Source: Azolla caroliniana
Taxonomy: Eukaryota; Plantae; Polypodiophyta
Assembly (NCBI GenBank): GCA_043228905.1
Contig: JBHGNT010000004.1
Span: 24,490,001-24,554,000, forward strand
Direction of reading: 5' to 3'
Length of the DNA stretch: 64,000 nucleotides
In this document: in pieces, positions 41,604 through 52,714 of the stretch
Layout: each line of letters opens with the position of its first letter
Position numbering within the stretch: position 1 is the stretch's first letter
Notes under the pieces: model-generated
The model's database searches: none
What the model saw: the letters and a program-made list of their open reading frames with translations, nothing else
Told to the model about the DNA's origin: nothing
Position numbers and translations under genes: made by a program

Positions 41604-42383
41604 CTACAACGAAGAGTCGTGTGAGTCGAAACCCGCTCCTGATTCTTCGGAGATTTTCTTATCTTTGGGTTCTTTGGCACTTCCAAACTTGTATGTCCCC
41701 GTCCGGAGCCGCCTCTGGAGCTTCTTGAACCTCTCGAGATCGATGCCATCCATGGAATCCTCATCATCCGAATCCTCAATGAGATATGTCGGCCTCTCTT
41801 GGGCTTTCAAGTTCTGGTATGCTGCTATGAGCAAGTTCAGGTCTGACGCTACTTCAAGGACATTGATGAAACGTCCATCTGACCCCTTCTTCAGTTTTGC
41901 TAGGCTTTGCTTGATCCGCTCCTTCCTCGGTCGAGGTCTCATTACATCTTGATCACCATCACCATCACCATCACCATCGCCACTGCCTATTGCATCCTTA
42001 CCATGTTCATTCACCTCTTCTCTCATCTCCTTCGCGTTTGTGGACACTTCTTCTGAGAGAGTACCAGATTTCCCAGTCGGGCTTGTCGAGCAGTGGAGGT
42101 ATGGAGAACCTGTTTCAGTCACCATGCAAGTATTCTTTGTAAACCTCCCCCAAAATGGAAAAACGGAAACAACAGAAATGGTTCAAAACGCATGACGAAC
42201 TCTGGACCATGAAAAGATCTTTGTAATCTCCATATCCATGAAACGATGAGCTGATATAGGGAGAGTGTAAAGGTGTGTGTACTCACAGTTGTGAAGCAGG
42301 TTGAGGTTAGGGTTTGTGATGATGGCTCTGCACAAGGCCTTGCCACGGTGCTTCTGGAGAAACAGCCTGCTTAGGATTGCCAT
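41604..42383 (-). CDS. About 200-aa putative organelle-targeted protein containing only an RT0-like N-terminal region of a group II intron maturase; exons 42383-42287 and 42109-41604
   Basis: Exon 1 MAILSRLFLQKHRGKALCRAII resembles a presequence. Donor GTGAGT at 42286 and phase-matched acceptor tgactgaaacag at 42110. Exon 2 contains DGRFINVLEVASDLNLLIAAYQNLK..MDGIDLERFKKLQRRLRTGTYKF. Confidence 0.65.
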
Positions 42384-42472
42384 GGCTTCTTCATGGGACC
42401 ATTTCCCATACAAACGTAGCTGATTGTCTGTTTTTCTTCCCAGGAAGGATCTACTATCTCTCGAGTCTCTAG

Positions 42473-42759
42473 GACTCGGCAACGGTTCCGTTTCGGCTTA
42501 ACCGGTTTGGGGTTCTCCAAACTTGAACCGAGCCGGTTCCTAAACCCAAACCTGTTAAACCTAACCCGGTTTAGGAACCCTTTAAGCCAAGCCGATTAAG
42601 ACTTAACCAGTTTGGGAACCGGTTTTCCCCAAATCGGTTTGGCTTGGCTTCAGCCTTCCCAAACCAAGCTCAAACCGATTAAGGAAGCTCAAGACTTAAC
42701 TTTACCAAACTGAACGTTTAACGGTTCGGTTCAAGCTTGAGCCAACCCATTGCCGATTG
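42473..42759. mobile_element. MITE with TCGGCAACGG...CCATTGCCGATTG termini and AAACC/GGTTT subterminal repeats
   Basis: Inverted termini and dense aaccg/cggtt repeats. The ends match those of the 58657-59075 insertion. Confidence 0.7.
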
Positions 42760-42819
42760 CTCTCTCCCATCACCATGGGCATTCCATGTCCCTCTCCACA
42801 TGACGGTTTGGCTAGATGA

Positions 42820-42840
42820 TTGGACATGCATTTAGTTGGT

Positions 42841-42871
<31 letters not shown>

Positions 42872-43220
42872 TGGGAATCTCGTTAATACATTCATGTGCG
42901 TTTGGTGGTCACCTAAGAGCACTTCATCAGGGCCACCATGTCCTATATTGTCATGTATGTTCATTCATTCAAGTGTTTCATTTCAATGGCTACGGTCAAT
43001 GGTCATCGTGGACATGCATTTGGTTGGTAGTCCTCGATGAGCACTTGTTCGAGGCCATCATGTCCTACCCCGTCTTGCCTGTTCATTCGAGTGTCTCATT
43101 TCGATGGCCATGACCAACAGTCATCGCAGACATGCATTCGATGGTGGTCACCAATGAGCACTTGTTTGGGGCTACCCTATTTTGTCCCGTTTGGTTCACT
43201 TTGATGGCCATGGATGGTCA
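42820..43220. repeat. Degenerate GC-richer tandem repeat, about 120-bp unit
   Basis: Recurrent gacatgcatt..ggtggtc..gagcactt..ggcca.catgtcc blocks. Confidence 0.55.
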
Positions 43221-44902
43221 AGACCTCCTCCATGCCTCAAGTTGGGCCCCCCGTATGAGAGCGCGTCATCACCTTGGTCACCCTCCTCATCTTGAACATC
43301 CCCAACCTCTTATCCATACGAATTTCTTCACCTTGATGAACCCATAATTTCCGGGCATGCCCTTTCTACATTGAAGTTTTGTTTTGATAGTGGCATTGAG
43401 TTGTTCATCTTATGGTGTGCCGGGTTTAAAGTAGAACTATGATTTCTTTAACCTTCTTTTCCTTTGGCATGAGATTCATTATTGACACGTTGATCTCTCT
43501 CTATCATGGGTTGACTGTGTTTCACAAGACCTACCTATCATGGCTTTCCTCAATACATGGATTCTACATATTGTGCCTTTTCATGTACACCACTCGTTTA
43601 TGCATAGTGGAGAGCTCTCCCTCCCCCATTTGCAACTTTGGGAGGAGGCTTCTCTTTTGCGACCTCTATAGTCATTCATGTAATGTCCTTCGTTCTTGTG
43701 TTCTTGAGTAGATTCTTTCGTAGGAATAAGTTGATTGTCGAAAGAGCATTTAAACAAATGGTGGTTGTGATCACCATCAAAACGAGGAATTTAAGGAACA
43801 TTATTACTAATCTCTTAAATATCATTGTACTTGCTATGCTGAAATAATCATGAAACAAATGTGACAAGGAAAATCTTAACCAAAAATGATAAGAGATTAA
43901 AAGAAAAAAGGTTAACAAATTAAGCAGTTGTGTTTTCTCTACGAAATCGATCTTGTGATTATTCTTTCTTCTTTGTACATAAAATGTCTCGAGTTCAAAT
44001 ACCTCTAGCCTATGCTATACTCCTTACCCTTATCGTTTGTATCTCTTCATTTAGCCAAAATCATCTTCTTGAATTTTCTCCAACTCTATCTATCTATCTC
44101 CTTGTCTCAAATTCCCATTCTTCCACTCAAGCATATCACGATCCCAAGTGAGAGCAAAACATCCCAACACTTGTGTTAATCAAGAAGCTTTAAGCTCATA
44201 CAAGGGACTAGTCCAATTTACAAGGCTAACGATAAAGCTCTTTTGGATATAATTGCATTGGATGGCATAACCCAATTGAGGTTCATTTTATTTTACATTG
44301 GAACATTTCAGAACAAGGAAGAGGTTAACTAAACTCAATTCAAAATACATGAGAACCTATTCCATTTATATAATTCTCAAAAGGGATACCGATTAACTGC
44401 CTGCATGGATTCCTATATGTGATGTTCCCAATCTGCAGATTTATGGAGCTTTCACTGGATATTTTCATATTTGGAGATCTATGCTCAGATATTAACATTA
44501 ATGTTAATACGTATATTCCATCTAATTCCTAAGGCTAACAATGGCTAATTATATTGCAGCAATTAACCATGCATAGTTATTTAAACGAAAAGAGGGGACT
44601 TGTATTAGGAAAATGAAAATTGACAGCAAATTAATTTCTAAATGCAAATTAATCTAATTTAATTGAGATTTAATTGCAATCCTGTGAAAACTAGAAATAA
44701 GTCAAATCAAATGTTGAACCAATATTTCCATTGCATTGGAAGAGATTTACCTTCAATGTTTGGTAACTTTTTATATGGATTTGAACTGCCAACTCAAACA
44801 ACACTAAACTCTTCAGTATATAAAAAGAATCACTTACATAATGTCTTTATGATTTATCATGTGGGATTAAACAAAGGATGATCATGCAAAATTCCAAAAT
44901 TG

Positions 44903-45068
44903 TTAGGTTTGTTGCTTCTGTTTTGCTTTGTATTTCCATGTTTGCACAGCCTCCTCAACGGCATTTTTAGCTCTTGAAATATCTTCATTAGAAAATTTGT
45001 GTTCTAGAATTCCCAAAGGACCAGGTTGAAGCACATCAATCACTTTAGCCAAGTCTTGTTCAAATGTT
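44903..45068 (-). CDS. Final coding exon of a small uncharacterised plant protein; upstream exons probably lie at about 46960-47210
   Basis: TFEQDLAKVIDVLQPGPLGILEHKFSNEDISRAKNAVEEAVQTWKYKAKQKQQT* follows a tttttAG acceptor at 45070-45069. A candidate upstream exon has acceptor ttcttccAG near 47013 and donor GTATGT near 46959, and a (CTT)n leader lies at about 47238-47271. Family recall of the QPGPLG.EHKFS motif is from memory. Confidence 0.6.
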
Positions 45069-46035
45069 CTAAAAATAATAAAACCAAGAAATAGTTCACA
45101 AATGAACATCTCCACACACTTGCACATGAAAAAAACTCCAATATCTAATGAGCCATCTGTTATTTCCACCAATGCCTCTATGTTTTTGTCATTTTCCCAA
45201 ATGACCATGGTGAACCCCAAAAGAGAAAGAGTGCCATATAATTGCTCAAATCAACATATAATTACTCAAGAGGGGGTTGCCAAGCGCAATTAGGAGTATA
45301 ATTAAAACTTAGGGCCATTTGGACCTTTGGGAAACAAAGAGAAACCCAAGTTATGTAGGATTTTTTCCAAAACTCAGCTATTATTAACCCTCGTTGAACA
45401 TTAGACCCATGTTTGAGCATTAGAAATTGCCAAAAGGCAATTAGCCTTCATCTAAATAAGTTGAAATGATTTCTCCAAGTTTCCTAGGCTTTTTTATTCT
45501 AAAATACCTCAAAAGTTGGAGTCACCTCTCCAACTTTCGATTTCAAAATTTCAAGGTGATTTTCAAATAAAGTAAGAGCAAATTACATTGATGTAAACTT
45601 GGAATTCTATGAACATCAATATGATTACAGACATGTTTTCAAAACCTTGGATTACTGATAAAAAAAATTTAAAAATCACTCACTTAAATGATAATAAACC
45701 ATTGGATAAAATCTGACGAAGAAACCTTCCCATTGTTCAAACTTGTCACGCTAACTGTTTGATAATGAAAGAAAAGGGCAAAAGCACAAAACACCAGAAA
45801 AAAAAAGAAAACTGAATAAATTAGGACTAACAACATTTACTCAAATATAATCAGCAACTTGTCAAGAGAAATCTCTAATAAGAAAATATTTGTAAAAAAT
45901 GTATATAAGGATGGAGTTACATTCAATTATATTAGCAACTGCGCTTAAATAAACCTTCATGTTTTTATCCTGTTTGGGTCTTTTAACCGGTCCTAATGCA
46001 ATGCCAATCATTACTAATAGCATATTATCCTAACA

Positions 46036-46790
46036 TTTTTCATGGCCAATCAGAAACCTAGTTTTGTTGGGAGAAAAGTATTTCCATATTTACTAGTTCA
46101 GGTAAGCACAAAGATTTAATAATGACAGTTTTTCATTTCATAGACAATACAAAGACATGTTTCTAGCCTTGGTATTTGCAGCAAGCTAAGAATGCAAAGA
46201 GCCCGGATGGCTTAGAGAATTAAAGAATTAAGTTGTCCTGTTAAGTTAGTTCTCTCTTTATATGTAAAATGACAAAAACCTCTTTTGTCTTTAGATTGAG
46301 GCATTGGAATCAAACCACTGCCATAAACAAGAGAGAAGACTTTGAATTATGTTGAGGAGGTTCATTAGATTTTGGTGGGCACCCCGACATGGGATCACAA
46401 AAGCCCCAAAAACACTCTCATTTTTCATGGCCAATCAGAAACGTAGTTTTACTTGAAAAAACATATTCATTGAATTTTAGAATGGAAGTTTCAATTTATA
46501 GCCTATACAAAGCTATGTTTCTAGCCTAGGTATTTGCAGCAAGCTAAGAATGCCAAAATCTTGAATAGCATTGAAAATAAGAGGATTAAGTTGTTCCTAT
46601 TTAGGACTATACTTGAGTAAGTTCTCTCTTTACATTTAGGATTACAAAACCCTCTTTTGTCTCTAGGTTGAGGCATTGGATGCACAAACCACTGCCATAA
46701 ACAAGAGAAAAGCCTTTGAATTATATTGGGTAGTTCATGATATTTTGATGGCACAAAAGCACCAAAAAACACCATACCATCCTTGTGTAG
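46036..46790. repeat. Diverged tandem duplication, about 380-bp unit, probably intronic
   Basis: tttttcatggccaatcagaaac, ctagcct.ggtatttgcagcaagctaagaatgc and aaaccactgccataaacaagaga each occur twice in the same order. Confidence 0.85.
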
Positions 46791-47422
46791 ATTAGAATTG
46801 AACATGATGAATTCTTATACTCTATTTTCGAGTGAATATGCATATTGAAGAATAAGATACATGAGCAATAAAAAATTCAGGTATTACACGTCAAACAAAA
46901 AACAAATTGTATTTATAGAAAGAAAGAAAGAAACATACGGAATTGGTTGAACACACATACAGACACATCCGAGCTGGCAGAAGAAGAAAATTCTTTCAGA
47001 TAGATTTCTGCGCTCTGGAAGAAAACAGAGATGTGTTAGTTTTTCTCTGGTTTTCTTGGTAGCGATTGATGTTGCAGGAAAGCGAAAGCTAAAACACAGA
47101 GAAAAAGAAAAACACGTAGAGAAATTCATTTCCAAATGGAGCACCTTTTTGTTTTGCTTCCAACCCTGATCTGATCTGATCCGAATCGTGAAGGAGAAGC
47201 TCCATCCAGAGGACAAAAAACCATATACATATACAGCAAGAAGAAGAAGAAGAAGAAGAAGAAGAAGAAGAATCATACATTAGGGGCATGTCAGCTAATT
47301 TTGTAAACCATTCCCAAGGTTATTTTTTTATCAATTTATAGACCGAATTAAACAAAGTTCAAACATAGCGTAGAACGGAGCTTGGATCCGCAATCATACT
47401 ATGCCAATGCAGCTCGAGTCGG

Positions 47423-47840
47423 AGTTTATTTTTCAATGAAGGTGAGGGGACTGAGAAGTTTCACATGCACTCATATGATGGGTGAAGAGAGATCCAAACT
47501 TCTATGACATTTGTGAGAGCGAGGCTTGTGAAGGATCAGATTGAAGTTCTGGAACAAGACGTGAAGAAGTAGATTGAAGTTTTAAGAAATCAAGTTGGGT
47601 TTTTGACAAGCAAGAATGATAACTAGCAATGAGAAGTTTATTTTTTCGATGAAGATGGGGAGACTAAGAAGTTTCACATGCATACATGATGGGTGGAGAG
47701 AGATTCAAACTTCAATGACACTTGTGAGAGGCTCGTGAAGGATCAGGTTGAAGTTCAGGAACAAGACATGAAGAAGTAGATCGAGTTTTTAAGCAATCAA
47801 GTTGGGTTGTTGACAAGCAAGAAGGATACCTAGCAATGAG
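47423..47840. repeat. Tandem duplication, about 210-bp unit
   Basis: Two colinear copies (agaagtttcacatgca..gtgaaggatcag.ttgaagttc.ggaacaagac..aatcaagttgggtt.ttgacaagcaagaa..ctagcaatgag). Confidence 0.9.
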
Positions 47841-50356
47841 TTCAATGTGTCAATGAAGAATCGCACTCATTTGCGAAAGAGTGGAGCAATATTGGCAAAG
47901 GTGAACTACATAGATACAAGGGACATCAATGTCCAATCAAGTTGCCACTATTGCAACATCTATACGTCAAGGATGGCCTCAATGAGAATGTCGTCAAATC
48001 AATCATATGAAAGTGAATGTAGAGATTGAAGCTATACTAGATGTGAACAACATGATTGGATCCCAAGACAAAAGTTTGGATGTATCCCAAGTTTGTATGC
48101 TAGCAAGAAAACAAGACAAAAGTGAAATTATGTCTTCTTAGTGGGCACACAACATAGAAAAATTGTTTAAGAGAAGGGATTGGTAGCACTAATTTAGCTA
48201 CACACCCAGAATATACTTGTGATAGGCATTAAAACGAGACTTAGTGATATAATCACATCACATCAATTGCGAGTGCCAATAATACCAAATGGTCATACTA
48301 CTACACCAAGATAAAACCCAACAAGCAATTGATTGGACACACCCAACCACATTGTATCATCTCCATGCAATTTATGCAAGGAGAGCACCACCCTCCTTTT
48401 CATTCGTATTCATGATCTTGAAATCAAGAATGGAGCTTGAAATCTATGCACACTTCCTCAATTTTAGATTGAGAATGAGGAATTTCATACCAACATCTAA
48501 AGCATTCCTAACCATGAAAGTTTTTCCTCCTAAGGTGGTAATGTTTTTGCTTATGCAAAAAGAAAATGCATACCCTAATGACCATCGTGAATCCTATTGT
48601 ACCATGTCCTTAACATTGTATTGTGCAGATGTTGCTCTAATTTAGGATCACAACAAACATGTTATCACATCTGTTGTGTGATATGCTAAGGGGTTCTACA
48701 TCATGTGGTTGGTTTTCATATCTTTGCTTTGATTTTAATCAAGCTCTTGTTCATTCTATAGAAATCAAGAGAAGTTAGAAGCATCAAATAAGTTTCAACC
48801 TATTTCGGTTATGGCATCCAAGTAATTATACAAAAAATATGTGTCTTAGTCACAAATTTGTATGCAAAAGCAAAAAGATGATACCTTTGGTTAATTTTCA
48901 AAAATTAAATCAAATAATATTATTCCCATGTTCATCACTATTTACCCTCAAATAATGTATATTAGGAATACATAAATACAACTACGTGCTTTAAGTAACA
49001 ACTAGAAACTCCAAGCTTTGACGAATAATTCTTGTACTACTCATGGATGTTGCTATTACCTAAATTAAGATTGCAAGGATACTCATATTCCTACGCAAAT
49101 TTCTCGTGTCATGGGAACAATAACTAAGGCTACTGTATTCATTCATGTAAGGGTTACGGTTAGATATATGCACATGATCCTCACAAAATAGTGCATAATA
49201 TAAATTGCATTTATACAATGCACAAGAATGTTACGAGAAATTTTGTTCACTTGTAGGAATTCATTTAGGCACATTTATCTAGTCTCTTCAATTGTGAATT
49301 CATAAAAATTGATTTTATCATTGATAAAAAACTTACTTGATATGGGACGTTTGTGAGACCTTTTGTTGGCTTACGTATCTATTGCCCCAAATCCATTCCT
49401 TCTCTATGGGTCTTAGATCAAAATAACATAAGAGGAAGTAGGAGTAAATCAAAGGTTAGGTATAAAGATTTAGAATGTCATTTTAGTGTTAAAACAAGCC
49501 ACATAAACAAGAACTATTTCAAGTGGAAGAAAGAAATATCATGCACTAATAGTAACCAAGAAATGATGGGTAACGATGACAAAACAAAGTGAGCCAATGC
49601 ATCTTCTTCAAATGATTTGTTTATTCTTTATGATGAGAACATGAATTCATCTTGCTTACCATGAAACTAGTTGTTGATTGTGATACATCTTTTCATGGCA
49701 CATCTAGTAGGGAATGAATTCACATGTTTTACTCCATGTAACTTTGGAGTCTTGGAAATGGAAATGATGGATTATTCAAGGTAGGAGACATTAGAATAAT
49801 TTGTTTGGAGACCACACAAGAACAAACTTGATCCTCAAGGAGGTAAGGCATGTACTGGATATTTGGTGGCATTTTATCAACACAGATGATGGATATTGGA
49901 ACACTTTCATGAGGGTTAATGGAAGCTCACAAAGAGCTTTGTCGGTTGTGGTTGATAAGAAGTTTTTTTTCTACTAATTTGTAAATACTAATTGGTAAGA
50001 GAGAAAAAGAAAGGAAAGACAACTGAAATGCGTTTGCACCGATAATGGGTGGAAATTATGGACCCTTCCATGTATATTGTTGAGAGTATCAAGCAAGAAA
50101 AGACACCCCCCTAAAACTCTACAATTGAATGACTTTGCGAAAAGGATGAATAGAATTGTAGTGTAGAAAGTTAGATACTTGCACTCAAATGCAAAGTTAT
50201 CCAAATCCTTTCGGACTAAGGCTTCGGATATTGTTTCATATGTTATTATCTCCTACCTTTGCATTGTAGTTGATGTTCCTAAGAGAGTTGGGTATGGTAA
50301 GTACTAAGGATGTTTCTTATGGTCATTTACTTGTGTTTGGTTGTTTTGTGCAATTC

Positions 50357-50642
50357 TCCTATGGTGGTGAGATCATCGCCATGGCCTAAATAGAACTACC
50401 AAGCACCCAGATGGCTGTTCCCACCAATGGCTTCCATTAGTGACTAGGAACTGTAAATATGTATAGTTGTGGTACAAGTTAATTACTATGTTAAAAGAGT
50501 TGATGGGATACTTTTGTTGTAAATGAGGGGATGGGGAGTCGGGACTATGATCACTTTGGTGAGGTTTGCTGAAATTTGTTGGTCTTTGATGTACTTTGTT
50601 TGCTAACTAATGCGAAGTAGTGTTTTCTTTGGAAAAAAATAG
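50357..50642 (+). mobile_element. LINE 3' fragment (subfamily B) nested in the copia integrase
   Basis: SPMVVRSSPWPK*NYQAPRWLFPP, then a 3' UTR and A tail. Copia reading resumes afterwards. Confidence 0.8.
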
Positions 50643-50736
50643 AAAGGTGAAAGCTTTAAGTCAGGTGTTAAAAGTCCAAACAATGTGTTCATGAGTTTGG
50701 TTATAGTCTATAGATGTTATAAGCCAATGGAAAAGA

Positions 50737-50965
50737 AGCTTATTAGGAGTAGTGTTGCAGCAATTGTTGAGGATCAAACCATTGAAGATGTGAACAAGGT
50801 AAATCGATCAAACACCCCAATTCATTGCAATTGATGATGCTACACATGGACAAGCTTATTAAGAGTATTGATGCAACAATTGTTGAGGATCAAATCATTG
50901 AAGATATGAACAAGGTTAATTGATCAAACACCCCAATCCATTGCAACTAATGATGCTACACATGG
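50737..50965. repeat. About 115-bp tandem duplication inside the copia remnant
   Basis: aagcttatta.gagta..caattgttgaggatcaaa.cattgaagat..atgatgctacacatgg occurs twice. Confidence 0.9.
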
Positions 50966-52714
50966 TGATGCTTCTAAACGAGACGAAGAACATGAGGATG
51001 TCGGTGAGCCATGGATTATAGATAAGGTTTGGTGCTAATCATGATGCTCGTCATCACTTTTGCTTTGCTTTTGGTGTTGTACTAGCTTGGTTTAATTAGC
51101 TTTTGTAGTTTGTTTCCTCTTTTCACGATTTATCTCACTACAAGATTATATCAAAAATATACCTATAGATTGCTAGTTGCAAGATTTCCTAGCCCTACTA
51201 TCAAGAATGAGGGTTTTGGTAATAGAGAGTATTAATTGTGTTCCTTCTGGTCCATTCTGATTATCCTCCTCTCCCCAACCTGAAAGAAACAATCAAATAA
51301 ACAAAACTCTAGCCTTCTAAATGTCTTTGCGGATTCTTGCTTATGTTATTGAATGATGTTGACCAATCATCTTTTAAACCTCCCATGACCACCTGAATGA
51401 AGTAAGTCTAGGTTTACATCTAGTTTGAATACCAGCATTGAAGTCTCCCACAATGTTCATGATTTTGGCACCAACAATCCTCGAGGATTACGCAATTGAA
51501 GAAATTGACATAATGAACCATGAACATTGGATCAAATACGACCATCATGATCAAAGGATGGGCAGATCTTGTTAAGTCCATAATGTAAATTTGGGTGTGT
51601 ATAAGTCCATATTCTGGCTCCACACATCAAGGATGAAAAAGGGGGTTGTCAATGGATGAACAAATCTCCAAACTTAGCACCCAATGTCATTGCCCAAGTT
51701 ATATTTGATGATCATGTACACCAAGATTAGGCAGAGGAGGCAACCTGTTATAAGGAGCTTTGCCAACAGAAATGAGTACCGGTACTGCCATGGACAGTTT
51801 TTGCTAATGGCACGGATAAATTGCAACTTAAATATCTTCACATATGCAGGTCATAAGTAGTTTTGTGCAACCAAACATTGCAACGTTGTCTCTGCATACC
51901 GTTTTGATTTAAATGTCTCTATATTAGCTTGCTTTTATAATAATCAAATTTACCATTGTTATAAACAGAATTAATTCAACTGCCATGAATCAAATGAAAT
52001 TGAAGGTTTTCTTTGAGGTGCAGATAATTTCTATGATATACATCATTAATCCAATGGAACAAAATCACTCTCCACATAAATTAACAAAATCAACCACCCA
52101 AATAAATTGACAAAATCAATCTCTCTATTCATGTAACCATGATACAAATTGTCATTTTGAAATGTTCCAAATGATTCATACATGTCAAAGACATACAGAA
52201 GATATAGGAATACTTGTTTGCAGAGCCTGATAAATGAGTGGATTTAACGGTGCCTCTAGCAATATACAAAGTGTGTGCAAGGTCGGAGGGGTAATCCATC
52301 TTGAAACACAAGTCGTATGAAGTTAATAAACTCCAAAAAAGTCAAAATTGAACCCAACAAGCTAATTACATTACTCTTCCGCACGTATATTTTTTTCAGT
52401 ACATTCAACTAATTGGAAATAGCACTACACTATTACCTTTTCCAACATAGTTCAGGTTGCACGTCTTCACATTCTTTGAGTTCATAGTAGTTTGATAGCA
52501 GCACCAAATCTACTACTGTGAAAATGGCGAGCACAGGAAATATGTTCATGAGAGGGAAGCATCACTTGAGTTTGTCTACCACCTCGACTTAGTTGGGACT
52601 TCTGTGGCTTCAAAATTGTCAGTGGGGAAATTTCGCCTTTAGTTGTACATCACTTATTCTCCATCAAATATTGTACATGTGAGCAAGTAATAAAACATTC
52701 GGCCCCAAGCAAAC

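Larger units (their letters stand above)
49330..51000 (+). mobile_element. Decayed Ty1/copia (Tnt1/Tork-like) gag-pol remnant
   Basis: Degenerate zinc knuckle DLECHFSVKTSHINKNYFKWKK, protease VVDCDTSFH, LILKEVRHV, integrase LKCVCTDNG..AKRMNR..AKLSKSF, KDVSYGHLLVFGC and KKLIRS..VEDQTIEDV, in copia order. Confidence 0.8.
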
